Assembly: GCA_028534125.1 (NCBI GenBank)
Contig: CM052817.1
Span: 90,646,001 to 90,710,000, forward strand
DNA: 64,000 bases
Origin: Lama glama
Taxonomy: Eukaryota
Direction: 5' to 3'
Part shown: piece by piece, positions 39,064 to 52,988 of the stretch
Numbering within the stretch: position 1 is the first letter of the stretch
How the letters are laid out: every line of letters starts with the position of its first letter
The notes under the pieces: model-generated
The model's input: only the letters and a program-made list of their open reading frames with translations
What the model was told of the DNA's origin: nothing
The model's database searches: none
Program-made: the position numbers and the translations under genes

Positions 39064-40293
39064 ATGTCTATAATTGAATGGACAAAGAAAGAAAAGTGGC
39101 TACTGTTACAACTGATGCTGAAGGATGGTATGCTTGGCTGCTAAAATATTTGTCTGGGCCCATTGGTTGTAAACAGGCTGGCTCTCAGGATGGTATGATA
39201 GGAGAGAGGCTGAAATTAAAGTGAGAAATTTATTCCACACAACTAAGTACTATCAACTTTTGATCCCTCCTGGTGACTTGGAAACTTTTCCCTAACATTT
39301 GGGAAACAGATGGAAGGTGGATTTTGGACAATGTGAGGGTGATCTCTGGCAGTCTGTGGCAAGTCTGGGATCCAGAGAAATAAACACATGAGTCAGTGAT
39401 TTCCATACACAAAGACTATCTGACCCAAGTGAGAAATTTCAGAATAACATCTAATATTCAAGCTTAGTTGGTTTCTTATTCTGTGCTGTAATTTCCATTG
39501 TTTCTAGGTTTTCAGTTACCCAACACATCAGCCTGAGGTTAGTGATTCTTTAGGAAACGAAGAAGAAATGTCTACACTTAGGGTAAAGCCCAGAGAACCA
39601 GGTAGAAACAGGCAGGAGAGGATGAGAAGTGATCCAGGATACAGTTTGGAGTTGAAGATGCAGGCAGGCATTTGCTGGGAAAGCGTAAGTGTCAGTAGGC
39701 GGGAATTCTCAGAAACCAGAAAAATGACACTGAACTCACAGCGTGTGGGTCTCGTGTGTTTTATTTGGACATAAAAGAAAAAGCCCCCAAGAAGCCCTGG
39801 AGACTTGGAAACTTTCAGTTTATTATTACAAACCTGATTTCTGCCTCATGTTACACTTATTTAAATCACATTGACCTCCCCTAGTGGAGTGTAAGCACAT
39901 GTCATATTTATATTTCTCCTATACCATGTTAGTGTATTACAGGGCAAGGGCTCATTAAATTAAGGGGAAAAATGATTTCAGAAGCAGCAGGAAGACTATG
40001 TAAAAATGATGATCTTTATTTCAATGTAAAAAGCAATATAGAATTGGCTGAGGGCTAAATAAATAATTTTGTCTAGTTGAGTTTCCCCAATTGAAAACAG
40101 TTTCTTTACGGTTAGGAGTGGGGAAGGGTGCGAAGTATGTCAGGGAGTTGATGCTCAGAATAGTTGTGAATGGAGTTGAAAAATGGAAAGAACTTTTTCT
40201 GTAGTAAAACCTCAGGTTGGGGAGAAAAAATTAAAGGAGGGAATATATTTGCCTTTTGAAAAAAGAGAAAATAGGTATGCTTAATGCTAATTT

Positions 40294-40788
40294 TGTTACA
40301 GAGAAGACCAGATCTGACTCCATATTGGACCCATTTCCTTAGCTCTAACCCTTGTGCTCTGCTGCCTTTTTATAACAGAATGTTGCCTATAGGCTGACAT
40401 ACACATGATAGCCCATCCACAAGGCTCTGATCTTTAAAGTTATAACACTTTTCCATTCATATAAAGATAAAAAGTTACAGAACAGAGAATAGCATTTGTC
40501 TTTTTGGAGGTTTATGGGGACATTGTGACCAGATCTACATGGACAGCTGCAAGAACAAAGGCTTCTGATACCAAGAAGTTTGCAACAACCAGCCATACCG
40601 TCTCCCTTTTTAGTATTAAAAAAACCCTGAATTCTAACTGGGGTAAGACTGTTCTTTGGGACTCCAGTCCACCATCTTCTCAGTCTGCTAGCTTTCCAAA
40701 TAAAGTCACTATTCCTTGTCCCAACAACTCGTCTCTTGATTTATTGGCCTGTCACGCAGCAAGCAGTATGAGCATGGACTCAGTAATA
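40294..40788 (+). mobile_element. ERV1-type solo LTR
   Basis: TG start and TA (decayed CA) end; perfect 4-bp TSD attt/attt; AATAAA at ~40699; ends homologous to 5041-5544. Confidence 0.88.
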
Positions 40789-41242
40789 ATTTGCCTTATT
40801 CTGTGGATCATATATGGTATTGACCAGAGATTTCTAAACTTGACTGTAGAATCCTGAAAATATATGCTCAGTTTCAACCTCTGGATATTCTGATATTTTT
40901 GGTATGAGTTGAACTTTGAAATATATATTTTTATTACATTTCCCACAACACATTAGAATCCTAGAGGAAAGTTTCTACTCCTTTCGGTATTTCAACCCTT
41001 TAATGCTTACTGAATTAATTAATAATATGTTCACAATGTAATATCTGTCTCTTACCTTCAGAAATTCAAAATTTATCAATATGGTTCAATCTAATCTAAT
41101 TTTCACCTTGGTTTCCTTTAAATGAATCCTCACAATGCCAGTGTTACATATACCTAATACATTTGTCATCATGCCCAATAAGCAGAAAACTTAGGGAATG
41201 GTTAAAATAAGGCTCTCAGCTAAGAAAAAAAAATCAATAGCC

Positions 41243-41275
<33 letters not shown>

Positions 41276-42574
41276 TACTGAATAAATGACTTTTTATTAT
41301 ATCATTAATGGACAGATGATATGTAACAGCAGCACACATAATAGAGAAAATTTTGTTTTCATGCTTCAGACTTTCACTCTGTAGTTGTCTTCTTGTATTC
41401 ACCTTAAATACTATAATAGATCAATTGACAACTACTTGATCAATAGAGAGTTAGAAATAAAATGATTGAGATATAGAGAAAGGGAGAGTAAGGAACCTTA
41501 GAATTTAAAACATGCCACATAAAAAATCTAATTACAAAAAAAGGGAAACACAGATTTTCCCAGTATAAATGCTTCATTTGTTGTTTTATCGTAAATGCAA
41601 TAATGCCAATTTCTAGCATGTAATTATGTGGTCCTGATTCAGATGGTGATATAATAAAGGTGACTTCTGTATTTTCATTTATTATCTGCTCATGAGATTC
41701 TAAGTTGGAGGATTAGCTTTGTTTAACAACTTAATGGAGAGGGTACAAGATATTTTTGAAGAAAACTAAGAACTGGAAAGTTGTGGTAAAGCTCATTTTC
41801 TGATAGAAGATAACAGGAAAGTTTGGAGTCCACACAATACCCACAATTGTTATGACATAAGAATTCCAATGATTTGAAAATTCTGAAGGAGAAAAATGTC
41901 TATTTCCCCCAGTTGAAAAAGCAAAACCTGGAATAGGTATACTCACACCATATCAAAGCTTTCAAATTATTCATACAACATTACCATCTATGTCTTTTAA
42001 TTTTCATACACACACACCACATACTTCTTTCTGAAGGAGGATTCATTTTACAATTGATGAGCATATTCTATACAATTTTCCATGAAAACTAATTATAAGT
42101 CAAGGGTATATTTTGCAACTGATGGCATATTAGAATTGAGAAAATACTGTATTCAAGTCACAAATTTACTTAATGATTAGTTTTTCTGCTTAAATGAAAC
42201 CGTGCTACACTGATGCTATGAGCCTAGGCCCGGAGAAAGAGGAAATTTCTTGGAAATCAAGAGAAGAACTGGGGTAAGATCAAGATGATACCATCCATGC
42301 ACTTCAACCAGGTACAATTAATTTAACAACTTATTGGGCAACCCAAAGGTCACAGCTATTCAATACTTCATTCAGTTCCCATACAGTCAGAAGGGTACTG
42401 CCCTGTCCCTCCTAGATTAACAAAAACTGGGTGGTTTCAGAAAAGTAATAAAGATAAATTGAAAGAAGAAACTTCAAACAGTTCTAAAATTAACCAAAGT
42501 AGGTCCCATATTCACACTTCCCAGAGAAAGAGAGTAAGTATTTTTGAAGTGTGTTAAATAAAACCTATTCTTAT

Positions 42575-42740
42575 GGGCTCCCTCAAGCTGATTGCCAAAT
42601 TTTCAGAAATGTTGTGAGCCAGTTGTTAAATTATTGGTAACTTGAAATCAGCCATAGTGGGAGTATCTACAACAGGGAAATCAGCACATGGTACAAGTCT
42701 GGGCCTTTTGTTCTCCCAGAAGCCAATTTACCTGCACAGC
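42575..42740. mobile_element. MER63-like hAT-Blackjack element
   Basis: 'gctgattgccaaattttcagaaatgttgtgagccagttgttaaa' and 'ttgaaatcagccatagtgggagtatctaca'. Confidence 0.7.
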
Positions 42741-44019
42741 ACATGCAGAAGCATGTTACAGTTGGATGTTTGCATTTTAGAATGAGGTAAAAACTATCTT
42801 TTTTATTGAAAAACATATGCTTTGGGACAACTGTTTCTCTTTTTCAAAATGTATTAACTTTTTATGTTTCTGTTTTTAGAGATTATCTGGAAAACACATG
42901 ACACTCTATTGGTGGGACAAAATTCATTATCTCTACAAGCAGTATCTTAGATCAAAAAACAAGTTGACCTAGTTCTGACCTAGCCTCATTAACCAAATGT
43001 CATTTAAAAATATTTGCTGGTTAATAGTTCTAAAGATACATGAAGTCTTCTTACCTTAAACCATGTAGGAACTATTGCTCTACATTAAAACTAAATTACA
43101 CACACACACACACACACACACACTGTCACGGGCCGTACTCTTCCAATCCAGATACAGTGATTATCATCCACAAAAAACACACCCTTTTGGGTATCTGAAA
43201 TCTACAGAGAAGACAGCAGAGGTCCTAGTGAGCATGACCCATTTAGACATGACTCCCTGAAGACATCACAAGGTCCTAAACAACATTCCCTCACTTGAAA
43301 TCTGACTGCCTGATCCAATGAAAACACAGGCCTCTGTGATCCCTGAATTGAGGATAGAGGATAAAATGTCTGACTTGATCTAAGATTCTTATATATGAAG
43401 ATGTCATATGTGAATGTTTTGAGAAAAAATATAAAAGATTTTTTTTAAACCAAGACATTTTAAAGCATGAATTTAGTCCAAATAGGGGACTAAATGGGTC
43501 CTAAATAACCAATTTCTTTTTACAATTTTCATAAATACTAATCAATATATTTTTTGGAAGCATTACAGTATTCATATAATTGTTTTTCATATTAAAAATT
43601 GACCTGGTCTCAGTTAATCTGTGTATAGCAAGGCAATCTGTGCACCATTTTGGGAGAAGAAGGCTACAGCCAGCAATACAACATAAATAGCATATACATT
43701 TGCTACAAGTTCTGTAGGAAAGAAAAAGCCCTTATAAAATCTTTATAAAGCTTACGACTCTTGAATCAAATCTTAGTAACGACAGTAAACAAAATGTCAT
43801 TTCTACGCAAAAGCAAGGAGGATGTTAGCTCACAAGGAGCTCAAGTATTCTAGTACATCTATTGCATAAGGAAAGAAGGCATATTTATAGGAATAAATAA
43901 AGGTGCGAGATTAAAATAACTGTAGATGAGTTTTTAAATTTAACTCCACTTTACTTTGGTCATAAATACTAAATATCCACATCCCCAAATCTGCTCTAAT
44001 GTACAGACAGTTCCCTTGT

Positions 44020-44495
44020 TGTCCCTAAAATACTTTGGTTATCAACCTATCTCAGGGCCCCTGCATTTGCTATTTCCTCTGTGTGGGATGTTCTTCTCCC
44101 TGATAATCAGGAAGGCTCACTCCTTCACTTTCTTCAGGCCTTGGCTTAAATACCACCGTGTAAGTGTGTCCTTCAAATATAAAAAAGCTAATTCCATTCC
44201 ATTCCTCCATCCAGCATTTCTTCTCTCTCAGCCTTTCTCCACAGCCCTTATCATCCTTCAAATATAAAAAAGCTAATTCCATTCCATTCCTCCATCCAGC
44301 ATTTCTTCTCTCTCTTAGCCTTTCTCCACAGCCCTTATCATCACCTGATAGAGAATATATATACTTTTAAATCTTTTGTTGTCTATATATTATCATAAGA
44401 GCAGGATTATTATCTATTTTAGTCACTGCTATATCCTGAACATCAAAAGCAATGTCCACATGGAGTGATAGCTTAATAAATAAATCTTAAATAAG
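44020..44495 (+). mobile_element. L2 3' region containing a tandem duplication
   Basis: 'ctcagggcccctgcatttgctatttcctctg' and 'gtcactgctatatcctgaac...gcttaataaata'. Confidence 0.75.
44169..44340. repeat. Tandem duplication, 85 + 87 bp
   Basis: Copies at 44169-44253 and 44254-44340 differ only by a 2-nt indel in the CT tract. Confidence 0.95.
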
Positions 44496-45269
44496 TAAAA
44501 ATAACCACAGGGTCAGAAGGAACCCGAATGTTCTCTGATAGCTTCAACATTAATTCATTGCAAAACCACAACTAGAATAACTGCCCCTTAAAATAAAAAT
44601 CATTGTGTTTAAACATAGTAAACACTACTTCTGCACGATCCTTTTATTGAATCTTTACAACTGTATTATTCTAATATCAGGAGGAAATGTTTTCTGGGGT
44701 TTTTTTTATGTATCACTAAAAGAAAGCTACTTACAATTTTAATCCCTCTAGCATGCAAACTATAGGAGAACAAAAAGCTGTATCGGCCAAAACTTAATGT
44801 AGATGGAGAAATTAAATAGGAAAATCAACAAACTCTTACAAATACTGAATTTATTTTTCCATTAGAGAAAAATTTTAAAGACTTAAAAGAAAGATCATCT
44901 GAATTATATGTATGTAGCCCACAAGGATGGCTGAGAATTCTGTTCTAACAGACTTCAACTTCTGAAGTGAAAAATAAATATGTCTAGAAGATAAGAATAA
45001 TCACTATCACCATAGCACTTTTCTACGTTTTGGGAGCTCTGCTTGAATTAACCATTATCCTATAACAATTCTGCTAAGTTTTTCTTTTCCATTTTCATAG
45101 ATTTTTTTTAAAAAAAAAAGAGGTACTAGAATTTTGCACTGAATTAATGTTGAAGTGATCAGAGAACATTTCGGTTCCTTCTGACCCTGTGGTTATAATA
45201 ATTCATGTAAGGTGTATTACCTGAGCTATCACTATATGCAGACATTGCTTAGGTACTTAGCAGAGAATA

Positions 45270-46015
45270 AAATAGGTACTGATAAAATAAATGATTGAGT
45301 AAATAAACAAGGGAAGAAGTGACAAATCTCCCTTTCAGAAGAATTCGGGATAATTTATGTAGATATTTTTCTTTCAAGGATGTGGAGTTTAAGCCCCTCC
45401 CTATTCTTGAGTGTAGGCTCCACTTATGTACTTACTTTCTTCCAAACAGTAGAGTGTGGAAAAGGGAGAGAGGGGAAGAGGAACTTTACAGTGGAAACAT
45501 CTGGCCACGCTTCCTTAGCAAGTGATCAAGGCTAACATCATCAGCAATGTCATGTTGATAGCATGTGTACTTGACATGATGTGATGAGAACAGCACTTCA
45601 TCTCTGTGGTCTTCCTCCCAAAACACTTAAGCCTCGTCTAATCATGAGGAAGACCTCAGACAAATCCAAAATGAAGGACAGTGTACAAAACACCTGACAA
45701 ATACTACTCTAAACTGCCCAGGTCCTCAAAAACAAGGCAAGTCAGAGAAACAGTCCCACAGAAAACTAAGGGGCATGACAACTATAGGTAATACGCATCT
45801 TGAAACAGTAAAGGATATTAAGGGAACATTAGTGGAATTCAAATGAAGTGTGGAGATTAGTTGATAATAATGAACTAATGTTGGCCCTTTCATTGTGACA
45901 AATGTACTGTAGTAATATAAAATGTTAATAGGGGAAACTGAGGCAGAGGTAGGCATCCACTGTATTAATCTTTAGAACTTTTCTGTAAATCTAAAATTAA
46001 AAGTTTTTAAAAATG
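45270..46015 (+). mobile_element. L1MC-like 3' UTR
   Basis: 'aagtgatcaaggctaacatcatcagcaatgtcatgttgatagcatg' and 'ctaatcatgaggaagacctcagacaaatcc'. Confidence 0.8.
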
Positions 46016-46666
46016 TATATTTCACCCCTTAGATAAAAATGCAAAGAAAACATACCTATTCCCAAGCATATTTACCACTACCTCCCAACAACAACAACAA
46101 TAAAATTGATGTAAATGAAGTCCAAGGTATTCAAACTGGAACCATCATGGAGAGTGGTTTGCCTTGGATAAGAAGGGATGACTTTACTGGTTAGGCATAA
46201 GAGAGAGGCTGAAAGGTATAATTACCTGGATGAAAGATTTTGGTTTTTCTAATTTCAGGGATGGATAAGAGCTTCTAAATTTCAGCTGAGCACTGGAGCA
46301 ACAGGGAAGATTTCCTCCTTATGCATGAGAAAGGGCTCATTAAGAATTTCTGTTACTTAGGATAAAAATCAAGAAAGGGTTACTTTGGAAATATTCAGAG
46401 TACACTCCAAAAGAGAGGAGCTCTGGGAGCAGTAGAACACAGGTAAACAATTGCTGGAAAGGACTTGAGCATCAGGGGCAGAAAAGCTTGTCTGCTCAGT
46501 GGAATGTGACTCAGTGCTCAGAGGGAAAGATTCCTGACTGAGGGAGATCAAGACCCAAAGGCATCTGGGTCCCATAAATGCCATATGGGCATTGTAGATC
46601 TGAGGTCTATGAGGGCTTATTGTTGTTAATTAAATCTCTCTTTAAAGTCTATATTAAGAATGTTTG

Positions 46667-47266
46667 ATGACTGGATAAAGAAGATGTAGTATATTTATAC
46701 AATGGAATTCTATTCAGCCATAAAAAATGACAACATAACGCCATTTGCAGCAACATTGATGTCCCTGGAGAATGTCATTCTAAGCAAAGTAAGCCATAAA
46801 GAGAAAGAAAAATACCATATGAGATTGCTCATAAGTGGAATCGAAAAGAAAAGAAAAGAAAAGAAAAAGATAAATGAACATAAATACAAAACAGAAATAG
46901 ACTCATAGACATAGAACACAAACTTGCGGTTGCCATTGGGGAAGGGGTGTGGGAAAGGACAGACTGGGAGTTCGAAATTTGTAGATACTGACAGGTATAT
47001 ATAGAATAGATAAACAAGATTATACTGTATAGCACAGGGAAATGTATACAAGATCTTGTGGTAGCTCACAGTAAAAAAAGTATGCGACAATGAATATATA
47101 TATGTTCCTGTATAACTGAAAAATTATGTTCTACACTGGAAATTGATACAACACTGTAAAATGACTATAAGTCAATAAAGTTTAAAAAAATGAAATCATG
47201 CAACAGAAAAAAAATTCCCTTAAAGTTAAAAGAAAATGATTAAAGTAATAAACCTAAAAAAAAAAA
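46667..47266 (+). mobile_element. Young 5'-truncated L1 with poly-A and an 11-bp TSD
   Basis: ORF2 end (DWIKKM...MEFYSAIK); TSD aagaatgtttg at 46656-46666 and 47267-47277. Confidence 0.92.
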
Positions 47267-47277
47267 AAGAATGTTTG

Positions 47278-47471
47278 CCAGACTCACAGACATAGAAAAC
47301 AAATTTATGATTACCAAAGGGGAAGTGGGGAGGGATAAATTAGGAGTTTGGGATTAGCAGATATACACTACTGTATATAAAATAGATAAACAACAAAGAC
47401 CTACTGTAGAGCACAGGGAACTATATTCAATATCTTCTAATAACCTGTGATGGAAAAGAATCTGGAAAAGA

Positions 47472-47509
<38 letters not shown>

Positions 47510-47571
47510 CTGAATAACTTTGCTGAAACTAACACAACATGGTAAATCAATTATACTTCAATTTAAAAAAA
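47278..47571 (+). mobile_element. Second, older artiodactyl-type L1 3' end with internal (TA)n
   Basis: 'gactcacagacatagaaaacaaatttatgattaccaaagggg' and 'aattatacttcaatttaaaaaa', followed by aagaatgttt. Confidence 0.88.
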
Positions 47572-48719
47572 AAGAATGTTTTCAAGTTGGGATGTATTTT
47601 TTCCCATGTAGAATAAGCCAGTGAATTTTCATCCTCTCATAATGTAAATTTATAATCTGTGTCACTGAAAACTTGAATGTCAGGAATCAGGTATAATTCT
47701 CAATTTAAGAGAAACCCAAACAAGGAAATGAGGATTAGAGGAAGCAGCGTCAAGAGAAGTGAACTCAAATTTTGACTTGATTATTTTGTATCTCTTGCCA
47801 TATCTACACTGATCAAAGAAGAAATGAGAAAAAAAATTTTTATCTGAAAGTGAAATGTGTTCTTCTGAAAAGGAACCAAAAGGAGACACACATACTTCAG
47901 GCAAAATAAAAAGTGAATACCTTTCTGTTTGGCTCTGCTCACTTATTGGTCATATGTATGATTGCCTTCCTCTGGTGTAATAATTTATTGCCTATTAATT
48001 CACTATTTTGCAGGCCCACTTTTCTCTCTTTGGCTGCATGGGTGACTCCATTAGTGGTAATGAACTGTGTCGTGGATAATCACACCATCAAGACCCATCT
48101 ACCTTAAGCCCCAAAGCTTGAAACCTCAGCATTCAGTCTTGCAAAAAGAAAAAGAGCAATGACCTGCAAAAATGGAGACCTGAGAACCTCTGGTGATATT
48201 AAGTTTAAGCTTAATAGTGAGTCATTAATAAATAAGATGCAGTATAATTATCAATATGAACCACATTTAATAATTAATACCTTGCAAACAAAAGAGAAAT
48301 TGAAATACCGAGTGGAATGAGACAGAGGTTATATTCCATTCCCCTTGAAGATCCTGCTTTGAAGGGGAAATCACAAACTGGTGAAAATTATGAACAAGCC
48401 ATTTCCCCAAAGTTCACGCAGTGAGCCACTTAGCAAATGGGATTCTTAACATTCATCCATCTGCTCTTACAAGCCTTACCCATGCTTAATTCTAAAAGTA
48501 CAACTCCTCCCATTTAATTACAATTTTCCACCTTTCACTGAAGTATCAAAAGGTTTGGGGAGAAGAGTGTGATTAATAAAAATGAGTGGGGAAAGTAGTT
48601 AAATATAGCCTCTTTCATATGTCATTCCTGTTATCTGGGATTCTTAGGCTGGAATTTGTTGGCAATAACCTCCAGTTTCTGCTGATAATTCAATTTCTGA
48701 TGACCTATACTTTGTTGAG

Positions 48720-48940
48720 TAAGGGAAGGGAACTAATAATTACAGAGCCATCACCAACGTAGATGGGCCATCACGTTGGTTATCTCATGTAATTCTCTAA
48801 ACATGCCTCTAAGGTCAAGCTTGTCAACGTCAATTAACAGACCAGAAATTTCAGGCTAAGAGAGACGGAGCCACTTACCTAAGACTAAACCCAAGTTGAT
48901 TAGGAACTCAGTTCCTGATCTTTCTTTCCAACTCCTAAGC
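48720..48940 (-). mobile_element. MIR SINE (diverged)
   Basis: 'ttaacagaccagaaatttcaggctaagagag...acttacctaag'. Confidence 0.55.
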
Positions 48941-50276
48941 CTGTCATTTTAAAATTTATAATGTATCTATAAACAGGATATGAAAGTCTTCCTGATACTT
49001 TTTAAGTGACCATATCCAAAGTAAAGTTGTAGTTATGTAAAATTTTATCAGTACCCCGTAATATTTAGCAGTTTGTCAACAGTTGAAAGAACAAAGAATG
49101 ATAGCACTTTCCAAGTCCAAGTCGCTGATTCAGAAGGGAATTCAGTCATTGCCAGCACTGCTGGCCAACTGAGTCTGTGATAAAGGGAGACAAACAAGCT
49201 TTTACCATCACTCATAAACTTAAGCCATTTCACTAAGCTGTCCCCACTGCACCAGCCACTCAGCTCTACTTGGATGTTGGAGGGAAGGGTTACAATTTCT
49301 TTCTATAATCGTTACCTAGCAGAAGCAATCTAACCCTCATCATAAGGTTCACTTTAAGCTAGAATAAAAGTAGAGGTACCTCAGGATGTGTTATAGGATA
49401 TCCAAAATGTAATACATTTCTTTTCTTCACTCTTTTCTGCTAGAAGACCAAACACTTCTCAGGATCTGAGATTTTCTTGGGAATGGAATGTTAGTTTAGT
49501 CATGATCCCACACCTGTATCATCTATGGTTTCAGTGATCCCAGTCACTTTCTCCCACAGAGCATCTTCCAGGGCATTGTGAACACAGTAGATATTCCATG
49601 CTTTTTAAATTGAATAAATGAATTAAATTTAAACCTCAGCTTCTGTTCAAAATACTCATAAGATTCTATCCACTTTGCTTAAATCTTACAGTCAAACTTT
49701 ACTGAAAATAGTTTTAAGACAATGGTGGTAATAATATTAAAAAAAAATACTAAAACAAATACTCCTGAATCTGGAACAAGTTTTAATATTTAAACAGCAC
49801 TAGAAAAAGGACCCAGTTCTTATTAGAGTCAGTGATTTCTTTCTGGCTGATTAGAACAATACAAGGAAGGCTTAGATTTTAGAAATTCCCTTGCCACAAG
49901 GATCACACAGGCAGTTAGCACAGACTACTATGATCAGAAGGAAAATGAAAGAGAAACAAAATTATCATAGGAAGTATGAACTTGGCATAAGCTTGTCAAA
50001 AACAAGTCATCCATTCAAACAGAATTAAATTCGGGTCCCCTGGATATGCAATCTCTCATAGGAACAGCTGCAAAAGAACACATTCACCCAATTTCAGGAA
50101 ATGTCCTCCCTGCTCTGTGGTACCTGCCATCTTTCAAAGCTCAGGTCACTGCATTTCCTTCCTCAAGCCATTAGTTCTCCACTTCCCAAATGCTATGAAA
50201 TGTAGGGTTTTACCACACAAATTAACATACAGCACATTCAATACAAGTTTATATTACGTTGTAAGGTGGTACACGT

Positions 50277-50340
50277 ATTTTCATGTGTCACTCTTATCTC
50301 TGATGTTGATTTTCATGTGTCACTCTTATCTCTGATATTG
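50277..50340. repeat. 32-bp tandem duplication within an L2-like region
   Basis: attttcatgtgtcactcttatctctgat(g/a)ttg occurs twice. Confidence 0.9.
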
Positions 50341-52699
50341 AGAAACTGAGCCTCTTGACCGCAGGGATTGCTCCTACATTTTTTCACTGTAGCTAGCAGC
50401 GAGCTAGGCGCAAATTACACTAAATAAATGCTCATGGGCTGACTTCTGGATGAATAACAAAGGATCCTCTGGTTTTCTGGGTAATGTTCTGTTTTGGCAT
50501 GTTTTCATCTTTCATTTTTTTGTTGGAAGTTCTTTACTTTCTTTTGATTTACTTTCTGAACCATGAGAGGCAAATGTTTTTTCTCTTCCTCTTGATAAAT
50601 CTAAATTCCACATCTCACAAAAATCTATCCTTAAACCCTGCCTCTTCCAGGAAGTCCCTCTGATGCCCTATGTGTAGCCATCTTTCCTTTAGCAGATGTA
50701 ATTTAAATAACACTATCATGTTGGTAAACCCCTATTACTTCATGCTATTCTTCCATGTTTTCTATTGTACATCTGACTTCCCCAAGTAGATAATAAACTC
50801 CCTTAGCTCAGGGCCTGTGCCTTCTACTTTCTTTGTATCCTTCACAAAATAAGAACATGAAATCTAAGGAAATGTAGATTGACCTGGTTTCTGATTGATA
50901 TGCTGTGTCACATTCTGTGGTCTCTTCTATCCTCAGTTTGTTGATACATTATACACTTTTTTCCCCAAAAGAGTGATTTTTACTTATCACATAGCCATAC
51001 AGGGATTTTATTAATAGCTCAGACTACTTAATATGTGCCAGACTACTTAATATGTTGTCCTGGATTTCCAATATGGTGTTTTTAAGAAGCTCCCAATTCC
51101 TGAAGATTTTAAGGTTTTTTGTAAATTTCTTATTTCAGTTTTATTTCTAGTATTTGCCCAGTTTCCTTTTCTAAAAATCAAGTAATCAAATAATGTACTT
51201 TCCCCCCATTATAGTCAGAATATTTAAATAAATTTAATTCTGTTATGATAATTACAATAAATTAGGCATTCACCATGAGTTAGTATGTCCTCTTTTTTTT
51301 TGCTCCTTAGGTACACTCACTGAATTTGTCCTCATGGGTTCTGAAAGTTTTGCCTAGTGAAGTAGCCCTCTTACTAAATCATAGAATCATCAACAGAACA
51401 CATATTTTTTAAAAAGTCACATTTTCTCCCATGTTACACATCTATGGATAAATTATTACACTGAATATGTTTCTATTGTTAAATTAAGTGTATTTGTAGG
51501 AAAAGCATAACCTTTTGAACTTCCTAAAAATTGTTAAAATTGAGGTAATAACTAAAAGTTTTGTTACTTTGTTTTATCTTAAAGAGGTCTCTAAAAGAAG
51601 TACATTAGTCAAAAATATTTAATATTCATGTATAAAGCAAAGGGATAAAAATACTGTGAAAAAATAGAGTATGTAACTGTTAGTGGATATGAATTTTATT
51701 GGGACTGATTTATACTTTTACCATCATCTGCATAGAAATATCACTATTTAATATTTTAAGACTGTCAATAAGGAATTTGAACGATAAATATACACACATA
51801 TATATGTAATTGTCAATTACTTAATCTCTACAATTGAACTTTTATTTAAGACCTGATGACAAATAAGCAGCTCTTCTAATTGCTTTATACATTAAAACAC
51901 TGCGTTTTTGACTATCAATATCAGAGCTTTATAGATTTAAAAGCTTCTCTCCATTGTAATAGTTCTTGCTCTGTAAATAATATGTGCTTTCTTCAAAGTA
52001 ATTGTAACTAAAAAAGTGTGAAGTTATTTTAAAAATACAGAGGAAATAGGGAATTTTTAAGAACAGAAGATATTAAGAAGAATATTGAAAATAATTAATT
52101 ATGTTTCATAATTAACTATATAAAATAGACTCGAAGGCTTGAGTTCCTTTTTATTTTTTGAAAATGGAGTCATGTACGTATAGACTGCTGTAATAGGTAC
52201 ACATATGCCTGCCCACTTCTCAGTTCCAGCCCAGTCCCCTCTCAGTGGTCTCTTCTTCTTTAGTGTCAGCTCTCTTAAAGCCCCTTCCTCAACTTCTTAT
52301 TTCTTAGTTTCTAAATTTACAATTAATTCAATAAGAATAATAAATTATGTTGTGGCCAGTAAAGCAATTGAAAGAGGCAAACATCATCAGAATTTAATTT
52401 AACAAATTAATGTTCAACTGTCCTGATGCTAAGCAATGAAACATTCTGCGCATAACAAAAGGCTATCTGAATTCAGAGGGTGTCTCTGTAACTTACAAGG
52501 ATTGCTCCTTACTGCTCCATTCAAATCTTTCTTTACTGGCACACCTCCCTGTGCATCATAAGTCTATGGTATCTTACGTTTTCTATAACACTGAGGTGAG
52601 ATGGAGAAATAAGTAACATTGCCGCAAAGTTCAACCAACAATTTAAAGAGGGACTCTCATTTCCATGTCCCCTGACACAAAGCATGCTGTGTTTTATGC

Positions 52700-52988
52700 C
52701 TCAAATTCCTTCCTTTCTGTAGTCTTCCTTCCCTTCCTCCTACTCCTCCACCGGGACTCAACTAAGGTACCCCTTTTCTTGTTTCTCTGCCTCCGTGCTC
52801 CTCCGCCCTGATGGTTGGTGGTCCTCACTACTACTCAGTAATTGCCTGTTTACTTGTTTATCTTTCAAACAATTCTGCCAGCCACACTGAGAGTTCCCTC
52901 TAAGTGAGTCCTCTGTTCTTAACCTCTATGTCTCTGCTACATACTCATCATGGTACCTAAATTACACATCTGAATGAATGAATAAATG
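52700..52988 (+). mobile_element. L2 3' end
   Basis: 'taattgcctgtttacttgtttatct' and terminal 'tgaatgaatgaataaatg'. Confidence 0.65.

Noticed and set aside
41640..42151. Possible TcMar/Tigger-type remnant ending 'tggcatattagaattgagaaaatactgta'
   Set aside because: Only one terminus is suggestive; I could not support the extent or family.
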